In this document: positions 12,521 to 25,480 of the stretch, piece by piece
How the letters are laid out: every line of letters begins with the position of its first letter
How positions within the stretch are numbered: the first letter of the stretch is position 1
Assembly: GCA_038087875.1 (NCBI GenBank)
Contig: JAXLNO010000304.1
Location: 1-61,470, forward strand
Source: Malacoraja senta
Lineage: Eukaryota
Direction of reading: 5' to 3'
Length of the DNA: 61,470 nucleotides
Translations under genes and position numbers: made by a program
The notes under the pieces: model-generated
What the model was told of the DNA's origin: nothing
Database searches by the model: none
Seen by the model: only the letters and a program-made list of their open reading frames with translations

Positions 12521-15500
12521 TTTTTCTTTTTTTTTTTTTAATTATTTTTTATATATATATATATTTTTATTTTTATTTTTTTTTATTTTTTATTTTTTAT
12601 TTTTTATTTATTAGAAGTACATTACATTACAACCACATACATTAGTACTCGTCACTTATGTCTTCTTACAATTAATGTACTCCATTTGTTTTTTACACTA
12701 GTAAAAGGAAAGGATAAGATTGAAAGAAAGAAGAAAGTGAAGGAAAAAGTGAGAGTGTAGAAAATGTGACAACAAAAATGGACGAAGACCCTATAAGAAC
12801 AAAATTAAAAACAAAAGAAAAAGAGTTAAGAAATAGACCCTAGAAAAGGAGAAAGAGAAAGGGGAAAAAGAGAGAAACAAATGTTTTTTATGAGCATTAC
12901 GCAATAATGTGGAAGTGATCTGGTTTACCTGCTAGGAGGAGTCTTATCTCTTCTAGGTGTAATGTTTCGAACATATTTGAAATCCACATGTTTATAGTTG
13001 GTATTGGAGCCTTCTTCCAAAATTTTAGAATTAGCTTTTTTCCAGTTATTAACCCGTAGTCTATTAGTTTCTTTTGAAACACATTTAGTTCTGGACCATC
13101 TTCCGTTATTCCGAAGATAATCCATTCTGCTTTGGGTATCAGTCTTATTTTAAATAATTTTGTAAAGATTTCGAAAATTTCATTCCAAAATTTTTGAATT
13201 TTTGTACAGAAAACAAATGAGTGTGTTATGGTAGCTTCTTGGGATTGACATTTATCACAAATAGATGATAGATTTGGGAAAATTTTATGAATTTTAGTTT
13301 TGGAATAATATAATCTATGTAAAATTTTAAATTGTATTAAAGTGTGTCTTACATTAATCGAGCATTTATGCACGTTTAATAAGTGTTCATTCCAACTTTC
13401 CTTTGAAATTGTAATAGCTAACTCTTGTTCCCAGTCTCTTCTGATACCCTCCGTAGATGGTATTTGTACATTTAAGATAATATTATACAAATATGATATT
13501 AAGTTTGCTGATTCCGCTTTTATCTGCATTGCCTCGTCCAGTACATCTGCTGGGTTATTATAATGATCTTTTGTATATTTTTTCAAATAGTCGCATATTT
13601 GAAAATATTTAAAATATTGATTATTTCCGAGTTTATATTTTATTTGTAATTGTTGAAATGAAAGTAATTTTCCAGTTTCATACAAGTCACCGAGCGTTTT
13701 AATTCCTAGTCTATCCCAATGTGTAAAAGCTTTATCTATAATAGAAGGATTAAACGAAGGGTTATTAACTATGGGTAATAAAAGTGATAAATTTCTTAAT
13801 TTTAAATTTTGTTTTATTTGTTTCCAAATTCGGATTGTACTATGAATAATTGGGTTCTTATTATAATTTATATTATTCAGTTTCATTGGAGAGAGGAGGA
13901 TCGCTCCAATGTTTCCAGAGGAGCAACCTATTTCTCCATTACAATCCAGTCCACTTGCTGGGCGGAGTTATCCATCAGTAGAATCATATTTTTAATATTT
14001 ACTGACTAATAATAATACATAAAATTAGGTAGTGCTAAACCCCCTAATACTTTAGGTTTATTCAGATGAGTTTTTTGTATTCTATGTGATTTATAGTCCC
14101 ATATAAAATTAGTGATATCTGAGTCGAGTTTTTTAAAAAACTTCTTTGGTAAGTATATAGGAATCGATTGAAATAGGTATAAAATTTGTGGTAGAAAGAT
14201 CATTTTTATTGCATTTATTCGGCCTATTAAAGACATCGGGAGCGTTTTCCAGAATTTAATTAGTGTGTTTAATTTATTAAGTAGGGGATCAAAATTTGCC
14301 TTAAACATACCTTGATATGTTCTAGTAATTTCGATTCCCAAGTATTTACATTTTTCTGTAGCTATTTTAAAAGGGAATTTTAAAAGATGTGTTGAATCTT
14401 TCGGTTTTATTGACATAATTTCACTTTTATTCCAATTTATTCTCTATCCAGAAAAAGATCCAAAGTCTTCAATTAAATTTAATATATTTGGTATAGTGAT
14501 TTGAGGTTTTGTAATGTACAGTAATATATCATCCGCGTATAAAGATATTTTATTATATGAATCTTTAGTATTATATCCATGAATATCAGGGTGTATTCTA
14601 ATTTTTTCTGCTAGCGGTTCAATAATGAGAGCAAACAGCTGTGGTGATAATGAGCATCCTTGTCTATTTCCCCTTGATAGTTGAAATTTCGAGGATAATA
14701 TGTTATTAGTTAGTATTCTAGCTGTAGGTTTGTTATATAGTAACTTAATCCATAAAATAAAATTCTCTCCCAGTTGAAATTTTTGTAATACTTTATCCAT
14801 ATAATTCCATTCTACTTGATCAAATGCTTTTTCAGCATCCAGCGAAATAATTGATAATTCTTGATCTTCAGATTTGTGTGAGTGCATTATGTTGAGTAGA
14901 CGTCTCATATTGTTAGATGAGTATCTCTTAGGGATAAACCCTGTCTGATCTGGGTTTATTAATTTACTAATGTATTTACTTAATCTTCTAGCTAATGTTT
15001 TCGCTAATATTTTTTGATCTGTGTTTAACAATGCTATAGCTCTATATGAACCCGGTTCTTCTAAATCTTTGTCTTTCTTAAGTATTAGTGTAATCGTTGA
15101 TTCCGCTAATGTATCAGGTAGTATTTGTTTTTTAAAAGCATATTGGTACATTTTTTGTAATCTTGGTATTATTTTATCATAAAAGCTTTTATAAAATGCA
15201 TTAGTAAATCCATGAGGGCCTGGTGTTTTTCCATTCTTTAGTGAGTTTATTGTATCTTCTAATTCCTTAATTGAGATTTGTGCACCCAGTTCCTCTTGTT
15301 CCTTCAGCTCTAACTTTGGAAGATTACAGTTATCCAAAAACTTTGTGATTTTATTGGAATCAATTGTCGTTTTAGATGTATACAAATTCTCATAAAATTG
15401 CACAAATCTTTTATTAATATCCTTCAGTGTTGTTAATAATTCCCCTTTATCTGATTTAATCTTTATAATAATAATAATAATAATAATCATTTTATTTACT

Positions 15501-17105
15501 GGCGCCTTTCTAAAACCCAAGGACACCTTACAATGCATAGAATCACAACAAAACAAAAAAACACATAATCGGAATAAATTAAATATAAAAACACCACAGT
15601 ACACAAATCAAGGACAGAATTCAATTTCAAAAGCACCAAAAGAAAATAAGAAACACAATTTGAGGAGAGAGCAGCGGCGACCAATTCGCGCCAGCGTCCA
15701 CTCTCCCCTCCGACCACCATCTTGTACACGGACTGACAGGCACAGGCACAGGCACAGGCACAGCACACAAAATCATCCCCCCACAGTGACCACCACTGTG
15801 GGGGAAGGCACAATGTCCAGTCCCCAACCCAGTTCTCCCCAGAGTCAGGCCCAATGAGGCCGCCACAGTTGCCTCTACAGAGGCCCGATGTTCCTGGCCG
15901 TCGGGAGAGTCCTCGGAGCGGCTGGAACGGCCGGTTTCCCGACGGAGTCGATGGCACCTGAAGTCGACAGGGCCGCGCCGATTTGGAGCCACGAGGCTCC
16001 CGATGTTGGAGTCGGCGCCGCCGCCCGCAGCTGGTCGCTCCGCAGTCCCGCAGCCCGGAGGTGTTGAAGTCGGCGGTCCAGCTCACCGGAGCTCCAACGC
16101 GGCGTTCCAGCGTGGCGACCCAGGCAAGGCATCGCCCGCTACGCTCCCTGATAGCGCTCCAGCGCTGTGCCGCCACCGAAGCTGAAGGTGCTGGGCGGTC
16201 CCCGTCAGGAAACGGCGCTCCATGCCCGCTGGTAGGCCACGAGGACGGGTCGACGAGGCAGCCTGGAGAAAAAGCTGCCTCACCGACCAGGTAGGGACCC
16301 AGAAATAGTTTCCCCCTTACCCCCCCACATTAAAAGTCAAAAAAACCCAAACAGACAAAGAAATAAAAAACACTAAAACTAAAGAAACAGTGAATTTGAC
16401 GGACGGCTGCTGTTTAGCAGCCGTTCCTCCAAGATGGCGGCTTGAATCTTTGGTATAGTATGTTCCTTTTCTCGTTTTTTTAGCTGGCGAGCCAAAAGTT
16501 TATGCGGTTTATCCCCAAATTCAAAGTGCTCTTGTTTTGTAATTTGAAAAAGTCTTATAAGTTTGGCAGATAATAATTTATTTAATTTAAATTTCAAAAT
16601 TATTATTTTATTATGTTTATCTATTGATGGATCTTTAGCATTATCTATATCCATTTGTCTAATAAGTTCTTCTAACTGTCTTTGTTCATTCTTATTCTTT
16701 TTATTTTGAAAAGCTTGATATGAAATTATAATACCCCTAATGTATGCTTTAAAAGATTCCCATAATACAGTAGACGATATATCTGGAGTATCATTTATTT
16801 GAAAAAAGGCATCCATTTGTTCTTTTAAATATATACTCGCTTGTGGATCTTTTAGAATTTGAGAATTAAATCTCCAAAACGATTTATTCTTAAACATTCC
16901 TTCCAGTTTTAAAAAGAAAGTTAGTGGAGAATGGTCTGAAATCGAATTTGTGTGGTATGTTGGGTTAAGTGTTTGAGGGATTAATTTTGTATCCAGCAGG
17001 AAGTAATCTATACGTGAGTATGTCTTATGTACCATTGAATAAAACGAGTATTCCCTGCCAGTTGGATTAACAATTCTCCAAACATCTGCTATATTAGTAT
17101 TAGTA
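12515..17105 (-). mobile_element. L1-clade LINE ORF2 (part of EN, RT, Cys-rich C-terminus), 3'UTR and A-rich tail; frameshifted; interrupted at 15465-16444
   Basis: YSRIDYF/SDH endonuclease motifs, DQTGF, SLDAEKAFD, RQGCSLSP, LYADD, CDKC...H...C; AATAAA plus poly(A) at ~12515-12610. Confidence 0.93.
15465..16444 (-). mobile_element. ~980 bp GC-rich non-coding retroelement with L2-type 3' tail inserted in the L1
   Basis: TSD aatcttt at 15458-15464 and 16445-16451; 3' end gtaaggtgtcctt...aaggcgccagtaaataaaatg(att)n. Confidence 0.8.
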
Positions 17106-17109
17106 TTTT

Positions 17110-17676
17110 TTTTTATACCTATTTCAATCGATTCCTATGTACTTACCAAAGAAGTTTTTTTTTAAATTCGACTCAGATATCACTAATTTTATATGGGACT
17201 ATAAATCACATAGAATACAAAAAACTCATCTGAATAAACCTAAAGTATTAGAGGGTTTAGCACTACCTAATTTTATGTATTATTATTGGTCAGTAAATAT
17301 TAAAAATATGATTCAACTGATGGATAACTCCGCCCAGCAAGTGGACTGGATTGTAATGGAGAAAGAGGATTGCTCCTCTGGAAACATTGGAGTGATCCTC
17401 CTCTCTCCAATGAAACTGAATAATATAAATTATAATAAGAACCCTATTATTCATAGTACAATCCGAATTTGGAAACAAATAAAACAAAATTTAAAATTAA
17501 GAAATGTATCACCTTTATTACCCATAGTTAATAACCCTTTGTTTAATCCCTCTATTATAGATAAAGCTTTTACACATTGGGATAGACTAGGAATTAAAAC
17601 GCTCGGTGACTTGTATGAAACTGGAAAATTACTTTCATTTCAACAATTACAAATAAAATATAAACTCGGAAATAAT
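17110..17676 (+). mobile_element. Second L1 ORF2 fragment, inverted relative to the first
   Basis: Closely matches the reverse complement of ~13620-14185 with scattered substitutions. Confidence 0.9.
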
Positions 17677-20330
17677 CTGCGAAACACTAAGGGGCAGAAA
17701 ACGCTAGTGGGAGTTGTGTACAGGCCACCTAACAGTAGTAGTGGAGTTGGGGATGGCATCAAACAGGAAATTAGAAATGCGTGCAACAAAGGTAAAACAG
17801 TTATAATGGGTGACTTCAATCTACATATAGATTGGGTGAATCAAATTGGCAGGGGTGCTGAGGAAGAGGATTTCTTGGAATGTATGCGGGATAGTTTTCT
17901 AAACCAACATGTAGAGGAACCAACGAGAGAGCAGGCTATTCTAGATTGGTATTGAGTAATGAGGAAGGGTTAGTTAGCAGTCTTATTGTGCGTGGCCCCT
18001 TGGGCAAGAGTGACCATAATATGGTTGAGTTCTTCATTAGGATGGAGAGTGACATTGTTAATTCAGAAACAAGGGTCCTGAACTTAAAGAAAGGTAACTT
18101 TGAGGGTATGAGAAGTGAATTGGCCAAGATAGACTGGCAATTGATTCTTAATGGGTTGACGGTAGATATGCAATGGAAGGCATTTAAAGACTGCATGGAT
18201 GAACTACAACAATTGTTCATCCCAGTTTGGCAAAAAAATAAATCAAGGAAGGTAGTGCATCCATGGATAACAAGGGAAATCAGGGATAGTATCAAAACAA
18301 AAGATGAAGCATACAAATTAGCCAGAATAAGCAGCCTACCAGAGGACTGGGAGAAATTCAGAGTCCAGCAGAGGAGGACAAAGGGCTTAATTAGGAAAGG
18401 GAAGATAGATTATGAAAGAAAACTGGCAGGGAACATAAAAACTGACTGCAAAAGCTTTTATAGATATGTGAAAAGAAAAAGATTAGTTAAAACAAATGTA
18501 GGTCCCTTGCAGTTAGAAACAGGTGAATTGATCATGGGGAACAAGGACATGGCAGACCAATTGAATAACTACTTTGGTTCTGTCTTCACTAAGGAAGACA
18601 TAAATAATCTGCCGGAAATAGCAGGGGACCGTGGGTCAAATGAGATGGAGGAACTGAGTGAAATCCAGGTTAGCCGGGAAGTGGTGTTAGGTAAATTGAA
18701 TGGATTAAAGGCCAATAAATCCCCAGGGCCAGATAGGCTGCATCCCAGAGTACTTAAGGAAGTAGCTCCAGAAATAGTGGATGCATTAGTGATAATTTTT
18801 CAAAACTCTTTAGATTCTGGAGTAGTTCCTGAGGATTGGAGGGTAGCAAACGTAACCCCACTGTTTAAAAAGGGAGGGAGAGAGAAAACGGGGAATTACA
18901 GACCAGTTAGTCTAACATCGGTAGTGGGGAAACTGCTAGAATCAGTTATTAAAGATGGAATAGCAGCACATTTGGAAAGTGGTGAAATCATTGGACAAAG
19001 TCAGCATGGATTTACGAAAGGTAAATCATGTCTGACGAATCTTATAGAATTTTTCGAGGATGTAACTAGTAGAGTGGATAGAGGAGAACCAGTGGATGTG
19101 TTATATCTGGACTATCAGAAGGCTTTCGACAAGGTCCCACATAAGAGATTAGTATACAAACTTAAAGCACACAGTATTGGGGGTTCAGTATTGATGTGGA
19201 TAGAGAACTGGCTGGCAGACAGGAAGCAAAGAGTAGGAGTAAACGGGTCCTTTTCACAATGGCAGGCAGTGACTAGTGGGGTACCGCAAGGCTCAGTGCT
19301 AGGACCCCAGCTATTTACGATATATATTAATGATCTGGATGAGGGAATTGAAGGCAACATCTCCAAGTTTGCGGATGACACGAAGCTGGGGGGCAGTGTT
19401 AGCTGTGAGGAGGATGCTCGGAGGCTGCAAGGTGACTTGGATAGGCTGGGTGAGTGGGCAAATGCATGGCAGACGCAGTTTAATGTGGATAAATGTGAGG
19501 TAATCCACTTTGATAGCAAAAACAGGAAAGTAGACTATTATCTGAATGGTGGCCGATTAGGAAAAGGGGAGATGCAACGAGACCTGGGTGTCATGGTACA
19601 CCAGTCATTAAAAGTAGGCATGCGGGTGCAGCAGGCAGTGAAGAAGACGAATGGTATGTTAGCATTCATAGCAAAAGGATTTGAGTATAGGTGCAGGGAG
19701 GTTCTACTGCAGTTGTACAGGGTCTTGGTGAGACCACACCTGGAGTATTGGAGTTTTGGTCTCCTAATCTGAGGAAAGACATTCTTGCCATAGAGGGAGT
19801 ACAGAGAAGGTTCACCAGACTGATTCCTGGGATGTCAGGACTTTCATATGAGGAAAGACTGGATAGACTCGACTTGTACTCGCTAGAATTTAGAAGATTG
19901 AGGGGGGATCTTATAGAAACTTACAAAATTCTTAAGGGGTTGGACAGGCTAGATGCAGGAAGATTGTTCCCGATGTTGGGGAAGTCCAGAACAAGGGGTC
20001 ACAGTTTAAGGATAAGGGGGAAATCTTTTAGGACCGAGATGAGGAAAACATTTTTCACACAGAGAGTGGTGAATCTCTGGAATTCTCTGCCACAGAAGGT
20101 AGTTGAGGCCAGTTCATTGGCTATATTTAAGAGGGAGTTAGATGTGGCCCTTGTGGCTAAAGGGATCAGGGGGTATGGAGAGAAATAAGGTACAGGATAC
20201 TGAGTTGGATGATCAGCCATGATCATATCGAATGGCGGTGCAGGCTCGAAGGGCCGAATGGCCTACTCCTGCACCTATTTTCTATGTTTCTATGTTTCTA
20301 TGTTTCTATGTTTCTATGTTTCTATGTTTC
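17677..20330 (+). mobile_element. CR1 LINE ORF2 (partial APE endonuclease plus RT), frameshifted, with 3' tail
   Basis: VGVVYRPP, GDFN, SDH, NYRPVSLTS, QHGF, GVPQGSVLGP, FADD; frameshifts near 17950 and 19748; (tctatgtt)n tail. Confidence 0.95.
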
Positions 20331-20331
20331 T

Positions 20332-21250
20332 AATCTGTCTCCCATTTTCAACCCCATTCTCCTGCCTACTCCCCATAACCCCTGACACCCGCACTAATCA
20401 AAAATCTATCTATCTCTGCCTTAAAAATATCCATTGACGGGTGCAAAAGTACTTTAAAAAAAAATAAAAAATTGAGGTCAGGTAAGGGGGGATGATAGTT
20501 GAAGAGTTGGTATGTCCTATTTACGTAATACTCAAAAAAGAATTTTTTTTTTTTCTTCTTTTTCCTCTCTCTTTTTTTTCCTAGGGCCTATCTCTTAACT
20601 CCTTTTTTTTTTTTAGTTTTTAATTTCGCTCTTATAGGGTCTTCGTCCTTTTTTGTTGGTACATTTTCTACACTTTTCTACACTTTCACTTTTTCCTTCA
20701 CTTTCTTCTTTCTTTCAATCTTTTCCTTTTCTAGTGTAAAAAAATAAATAAAGGGAGTACATTAATTGTAAGAAGATACAAATGACGAGTATTAATGTAT
20801 GTGGTTGTAATGTAATGTACTTCTAATAAATAAAAATTAAAAAAAATAAAATAAAAAAAATATCCATTGACTTGACCTCCACAGCCTTCTATGGCAAAGA
20901 ATTCCACAGATTCACCACCCTCTGACTAAAGAAATTCCTCCTCATCTCCTTCCTAAAGGAGCGTCCTTTAATTCTGAGGCTGTGCCCTCTGGTCCTAGAC
21001 TCTCCCACTAGTGGAAACATCCTCTCCACATCCGCTCTTTCCAGGCCTTTCACCATTCGGCAAGTTTCAATGAGGTCCCCCCCTCATTCTTCTAAACTCC
21101 AGCGAGTACAGGCCCAGCGCCGTAAAACGCTCATCATAGGTTAACCCACTCATTCCTGGGATCATTCTCGTAAACCTCCTCTGGACCCTCTCCAGGGCCA
21201 GCACATCCTTCCTCAGATATGGTGCCCAAAACTGCTCACAATACTCATGC
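20332..21250 (-). mobile_element. CR1 fragment split by the L1 insertion
   Basis: EYCEQFWAPYLRKDVLALERVQRRFTRMIPG. Confidence 0.85.
20439..20855 (+). mobile_element. 5'-truncated L1 3'UTR copy with TSD, inside a CR1 fragment
   Basis: Homologous to the reverse complement of ~12560-12880; TSD aaaaatatccattgac at 20423-20438 and 20856-20871. Confidence 0.9.
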
Positions 21251-22149
21251 TCACAAATCTCTCTTGTATTCAAGAGAGAGTTAGATTTAGCTCTTAGGGC
21301 TAACGGAATCAAGGGATATGGGGAGAAAGCAGGAACGGGGTACTGATTTTGGATGATCAGCCATGATCATATTGATTGGTGGTGCTGCCTCGAAGGGCTG
21401 AATGGCCTCCTCCTGCACCTATTGTCTATGTTTCTATGTATTTAATGCATGTAATGTCCAGTCTGCATGCACGATCGATATCTGAGAGGTTTATTCAGCA
21501 CCTTGCTATGAGGTGGACTGGTCAGTTCAGTTCAGATCAGTTTATTGCCACGTGTACCGAGGTACAGTGAAAGCTTTTGTGTTGCGTGCTAAGCAATCTG
21601 CAGAAAGACAATACGAGATTACAACCGAGTCATTCACAGTAGACAAAAATGCTGGAGAAACTCAGCGGGTGAGGCAGCATCTATGGAGCGAAGGAATAGG
21701 TGACGTTTCGGGTCGAGACCCTCCTTCAGTCATTCACGGTGCACAGATACATGATAAGGGAATAACGTTTAGTGCAAGGTAAAGCCAGCAAAGTCCGGTC
21801 TAGGATAGTCCCAGGGTCACCAATGAGGGTCACCGAGGGTGATGGGGTTCGAGGGTGTTCTGTAACACTGAACACACGCGGACGAGTGACTGCCCCAGTG
21901 GTCCCAGACTTGCCAGGTGAGGATAAGGGGATTAGCAAGGTGCCACTTTGCCACTTCCTCAGGCTCCCAATCTCACAATATTCTTCCAAACTCTCGACTA
22001 GAACGGGTGTCAGGGGTTATGGGGAGAAGGCAGGAGAATGGGGTTAGGAGGGAGAGATAGATCAGCCATGATTGAATGGCGGAGTAGACTTGATGGGCCG
22101 AATGGCCTAATTCTGCTCCTATCACTTATGAACTTATGACCAGATGGGC

Positions 22150-22458
22150 ATGACACGGTGGCGCAGAGGGTAGAGCTGCTGCCTCACAGCACCAGAGAAC
22201 CAGGTTCGATCCCGACTACGGGTGCTGTCTGTACGGAGTTTGTACGTTCTCCCCGTGACCCGCGTGGGTTTTCTCCGAGATCTTCGGTTCCCTCCCACAC
22301 TCCAAAGACGTGCAGGTTTTAGGTTAATTGGCTTGGTGTAAATGTAAATTGTCCCTAGTGTGTGTCGGATAGTGTTAGTGTGCGGGGATCGCTGGTCGGC
22401 GCGGGCTCGGTGGGCCGAAGGGCCTGTTTCCGCGCTGTATCTCTAAACTAAACTAAAT
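22150..22458 (+). mobile_element. V-SINE (HE1-like), full length
   Basis: A/B boxes, V-domain, CR1-like tail. Confidence 0.9.
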
Positions 22459-22740
22459 TAGACCAAACTTGCGGCCACACTTCTGCATTATAACAGCACG
22501 GTCTGGCTGGCAAAGCCTCGGTAATTGGAACACTCAGTAAGTGGAGAGGTTGCAGATTCAGCTGCCATTTCATCGCCCTCTGTCAGAATATTACATCCAG
22601 TTATAAATATTAAGATTTATCGATTGAAATTTTGGGCCAGATTTCTGCTGACATAAAAAGACATCAATAACACATTAAACACAGCTGTCTCCTCACTCTC
22701 GAGAAAGTAAGGACGGAGCTTTCGAAAAGGAGATGAGGAG

Positions 22741-22747
22741 GGAGAGA

Positions 22748-22804
<57 letters not shown>

Positions 22805-22958
22805 GGGGACGGTGAGGGAGAGGGAGAGGGAGGGAGGGAGGGAGGGAGGGAGGGAGAGGGAGAGGGAGGGAGGGAGAGAGGAGAGGGAGAGGGAGAGGGA
22901 GGGAGGGAGGGAGGGAGAGGGAGGGAGAGAGAGAGGGAGAGAGGGAGAGAGAGAGAGA
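22741..22958. repeat. Polypurine (GA/GGA)n tract
   Basis: Direct inspection. Confidence 0.95.
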
Positions 22959-23577
22959 GGTGAATCTGTGGAAGACGGCTGTGGAGGCCAAGTCAATGGA
23001 TATATTTAAGGCAGAGACAGATAGATTCTTGATTAGTACGGGTGTCAGGGGTTTTGGGGAGAAGGCAGGAGAATGGGGTTAGGTGGGAGAGATAGATCAG
23101 CCTTGATTGAATGATGGAGTGGACTTGATGGGCCGAAGGGCCAAATTCTGCTCCTTTCACATATGATTGAGCAGACCTAAAATACTGCAAATGCTGGAGT
23201 TCTGATATATAGAGAACATTCTGTAAATTTGCTACAACCACTAACTTTGTCTCAGGTCAAATGTGTTGAATTGTTGCAGTCGATGTGATCATTAACGGCT
23301 CTGCCCGGCCTACACTCCATTTACAACTTCTATTTTTACTTTGCAAACTATTTTCCATTAAAAACTAATTGTGCGGCTTGGCAGCACTAACGACCAGCGC
23401 CGTGGCCTTGGTGAGTCTCACAGACAGCAACAGGAAGGAGAAATGGCTTCACAATACATTGACCAGCTCAGACCTGCCAGCTGTTTATCTTTCTCAAATG
23501 AAAAACGCAGCGTAAATAATTTTCTTTACGTGTGAGCCATCCCAATCAGCAAGGAAGAACCTGCAGAGAATAGTCCC

Positions 23578-23579
23578 CA

Positions 23580-23627
<48 letters not shown>

Positions 23628-23682
23628 CCATCTCTCTCTCTCCCTCTACCTCCCCTCTCTCCTCTCTCTCCATCTATAGTCC

Positions 23683-23757
<75 letters not shown>

Positions 23758-24195
23758 CATCTCTCTCCCCTCTCTCCTCTCTCTCCATCTCTCTCTCCCT
23801 CTCCCTCCCCTCTCTCCTTCTCTCTCCCTCTCCCTCTGTCCCCTTCGCTCTCTCACCCCATCTCTCTCTCCCTCCCTCCCCTCTCTCCTTCTCTCTCTCT
23901 CCATGTCTCTCTCTCTCTCTCTCTCCCTCCCCTCTCCTCTTCTCTCCCTCTCCCTCTCTCCCCTACTCCCTCTCCCCGTCTCTCTCTCCTTCCCTCCCTC
24001 CCACCCTTTTTCTCTCCCCTCTCTTTAACCCTCTTGCTCTCTTTCACCCTCTTTCTCACCCCATAACCTCCTCCCTCTCTCTCCCCCTCTCACTCCCTCT
24101 CTCCCCCTCTCACTCCCTCTCTCCCCCTCCCTCACTTGCTCTCTCTCTCTCCCTCCCTCTCCCTCTCCCTCTCTCCCTCTCCCTCCCTCTCTCTC
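23578..24195. repeat. Polypyrimidine (CT)n / low-complexity tract
   Basis: Direct inspection. Confidence 0.95.
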
Positions 24196-24599
24196 ATCTA
24201 CTGTGAAGCAAAGATCTGCTATATGATCTTTGGTGTGAAGTCTTTGACAAAACAGACAGAGGCGTTGACATTTGTCGCTGTGACCTTTAAGCGCGGGAGG
24301 ACAAGAGTTCACATCTCACTTCGAGCAATGACTTGGGAAGATTCCATCTCTCCTCTCTGTAATTTTCAACTCTTGTGTAACGTGGCACCAGGCACCTGCC
24401 CTTTGCTGAGAGATTCCTGGCAGAGTTAACTTGTCTCCAGGCAGCATCTGTGTCTCTTGCCTCCATCATCCCTCACTGTCTGTCCTCACTAGACCCTACG
24501 CTGACCTCCACATCCAGCCCAGCTACACCCAGCTCACATACAATCCACCAACTACTGCCCAATCAACTATCTCTCAAAAACTGGCATAGAAACAAACAG

Positions 24600-24915
24600 T
24601 AGATGCACACAGTCTCGCCCAGCGTAGGAGACCAGAGGACACCGGTTCAAGGTGAAGGGGAAAAGATTTAATAGGAATCTGAGGGGTAACTTTTTCACAC
24701 AGAGGGTGGTGGGTGTACGGAACAAGCTGCCGGAGGAGGCAGTTGAGGCTGGGACTATCCCAACGTTTAAGGAACAGTTAGACAGGTACATGGATAGAAC
24801 AGGTTTAGAGGGATATGGACCAAACGCGGGCAGGTGGGGCTAGCAGAGATGGGGCATCTTGGTCGGTGTGGGCAAGTTGGGCCGAAGGGCCTTGTTTCTG
24901 TGCTGTAAGACTCTG
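24600..24915 (+). mobile_element. CR1/HER1-type 3' fragment
   Basis: RGNFFTQRVVGVRNKLPEEAV. Confidence 0.85.
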
Positions 24916-25020
24916 ATCTGAGGCCTTCTCTGCTCTCAGCTTCTATTCTTCAGTTGATGTTAATGTCACAACATCCGCTGAGGCCCCAAAGTCACCCTCA
25001 CACACGCACGGTGCTCTGGT

Positions 25021-25480
25021 CCCCACCCCCCCACCCATCTCCCCACCCCCCATCTCTCCCCACCCCCCATCTCTCCCCACCCCCCATCTCTCCCCACCCC
25101 CATCTCTCCCCACCCCCCCACCCATCTCCCCACCCCCCATCTCTCCCCACCCCCATCTCTCCCCACCCCCATCTCTCCCCACCCCCCATCTCCCCACCCC
25201 CATCTCTCCCCACCCCCATCTCTCCCCACCCCCCATCTCCCCACCCCCCCATATCAATCCCCCCCCATCTCCCCACCCCCCCATATCAACCCTCCCATCT
25301 CCCACACTACATCATCTCCCCACCCCATCACCCCCCATCTCTCCCCACCCCCATCACCCATCACCCCCCACCCCCATCTCTCCACACCCCCATCACCCCC
25401 CATTTCCCCACAGTAAGCTCATCCTCATTTCTCCACCTCCTCCACAGTACAACACCCCCCCCTCTCCCCCTCCCCCACCC
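25021..25480. repeat. C-rich minisatellite (catctctccccaccccc)n
   Basis: Direct inspection. Confidence 0.9.

Noticed and set aside
15496..16294. Overlapping GC-rich ORFs in the 980 bp insert
   Set aside because: No recognisable domain; open frames are expected at this GC content
17946..19772. Active autonomous CR1
   Set aside because: 5'-truncated, no ORF1, frameshifts near 17950 and 19748
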